A stretch of 64,000 nucleotides of DNA from Gnetum montanum. Taxonomy: Eukaryota; Plantae; Gnetophyta. The notes under the pieces are model-generated. The model was given only the letters and a program-made list of their open reading frames with translations. It did no database searches and was not told where the DNA came from. The number at the start of each line of letters is the position of its first letter. Position 1 is the stretch's first letter. Where the stretch lies: contig MNCI01001928.1 in assembly GCA_015680685.1 (NCBI GenBank), positions 62,001 to 126,000 on the forward strand, written 5' to 3'. A program made the translations under genes and the position numbers. Shown one piece after another: positions 62,931 to 64,000 of the stretch.

Positions 62931-64000
62931 ACAAAACAAACATGTTTTCTCTAACTAAGGCCCTTCCTCGCTTCCTACTTTCTCCTTTCTCATTTCATCG
63001 GAATGGTGATGACTTGTTTGCGAAATAATTCTTGTTACCTCAAGTGGATGGATTGGCCAAATGTATTAATGCGAAGTCACTGAATGTGGATTGTTTGAGG
63101 CTGGATTTGGAATGAGATCTACTAAGCCACATTAACCATTAATCCACAAGGGGCTGTACACCACCTTGTTCTTGAGACTCCATTCCATTCTCTTCTTTTC
63201 ATCCTTCTTTCTCCATTTTTCACATCATTTCTGATTGTATCAATAGTCCATATTTTGCTTGATGCATTTTTTTCTTTTTGATAAATTCTTGTGGGTAAGA
63301 CTTTAACTCTTGCTTCCAAATGACATTTCTAGAGCCTACAAACTCTTTGAATGTGGGACTGCTAGGGCATTAAGGGCATGAGCCTGCTTTGGGGAGGACC
63401 CACTGGCATTCCTATTTGGTGCATCAATTAATTTCTTTCCCTTAAAAATCTCTAAATCAACTCTTATTTTTTTCATTTCCATCCATGACATCCATTTTAT
63501 TGGCACTACCATTGTTTCTTTTTCTCCATCTTTCTTATTCCTTATCTTTTTCCATTCTCTCGTTACCGGAGGTTCACTCTCATTCATGGGGGTCTTGGTC
63601 CAATTTTTTCAATTTTCTCTAAACCCCTACACCTTGGGTAGCCACCAATGTTATATCTCCAAAATTCACATCAGCCATACCACAACTCAGCCAATGGACC
63701 TTTCACCAGGGCAAGGTATCAAATTCATTGTGATTCATTTACCCTTGCTAATATAAGATTGTGTTGTGTGTGCAGATGGCAATCACATACCAATGGATTG
63801 GATCCAGAGGGAACACTTGGAATGGATTGGTGCTGGAGCAGTTATGCAAGGAACAAGATCGATGGCACGGTTATGGATGGACAACGAAAAGCACAATCTT
63901 GGTGTTGGTAGCAACAAACTTCTTCTTTTCTCTCTCTCTTCTCTTCTCTCTCAGCTACCAAATAAGGCTCAATGTCAAATGTGTATAGTGTTCACTCTTG

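Overview
AT-rich, gene-free plant heterochromatin made almost entirely of nested, decayed retroelements, with several N gaps. There is no intact host gene, rRNA, tRNA gene or CRISPR array. Left to right: (1) a fossil multi-exon gene on the minus strand (1-3390), then a degenerate ~190-bp tandem array (~3550-6500). (2) A Tat-lineage Ty3/gypsy pol (element B: RT-RH-extra RNase H-INT). Its RT is split by an Athila-type element (A, 7840-21838), which carries a young solo LTR and a large extra ORF. (3) A second Athila-like element (C, ~27400-48390), interrupted by a tRNA-derived SINE, a reverse Tnt1/Tork-like copia (D, holding another solo LTR) and a reverse L1-type LINE. (4) A gag-only, SIRE-like copia with both LTRs and a TSD (E, 48471-54065), inserted in an Athila integrase remnant (G). 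(5) A deleted reverse gypsy (H) and a better-preserved relative of A (F, ~57973-62930). Old elements show heavy C->T/G->A decay, while the solo LTRs remain CpG-rich. The least ordinary observations are the spliced antisense gene plus nucleosome-length array lying where Tat gag-pro would be expected, and an apparent internal LTR-like promoter and intron driving a ~950-codon coiled-coil ORF in Athila. All calls were made by eye; coordinates marked ~ are approximate.
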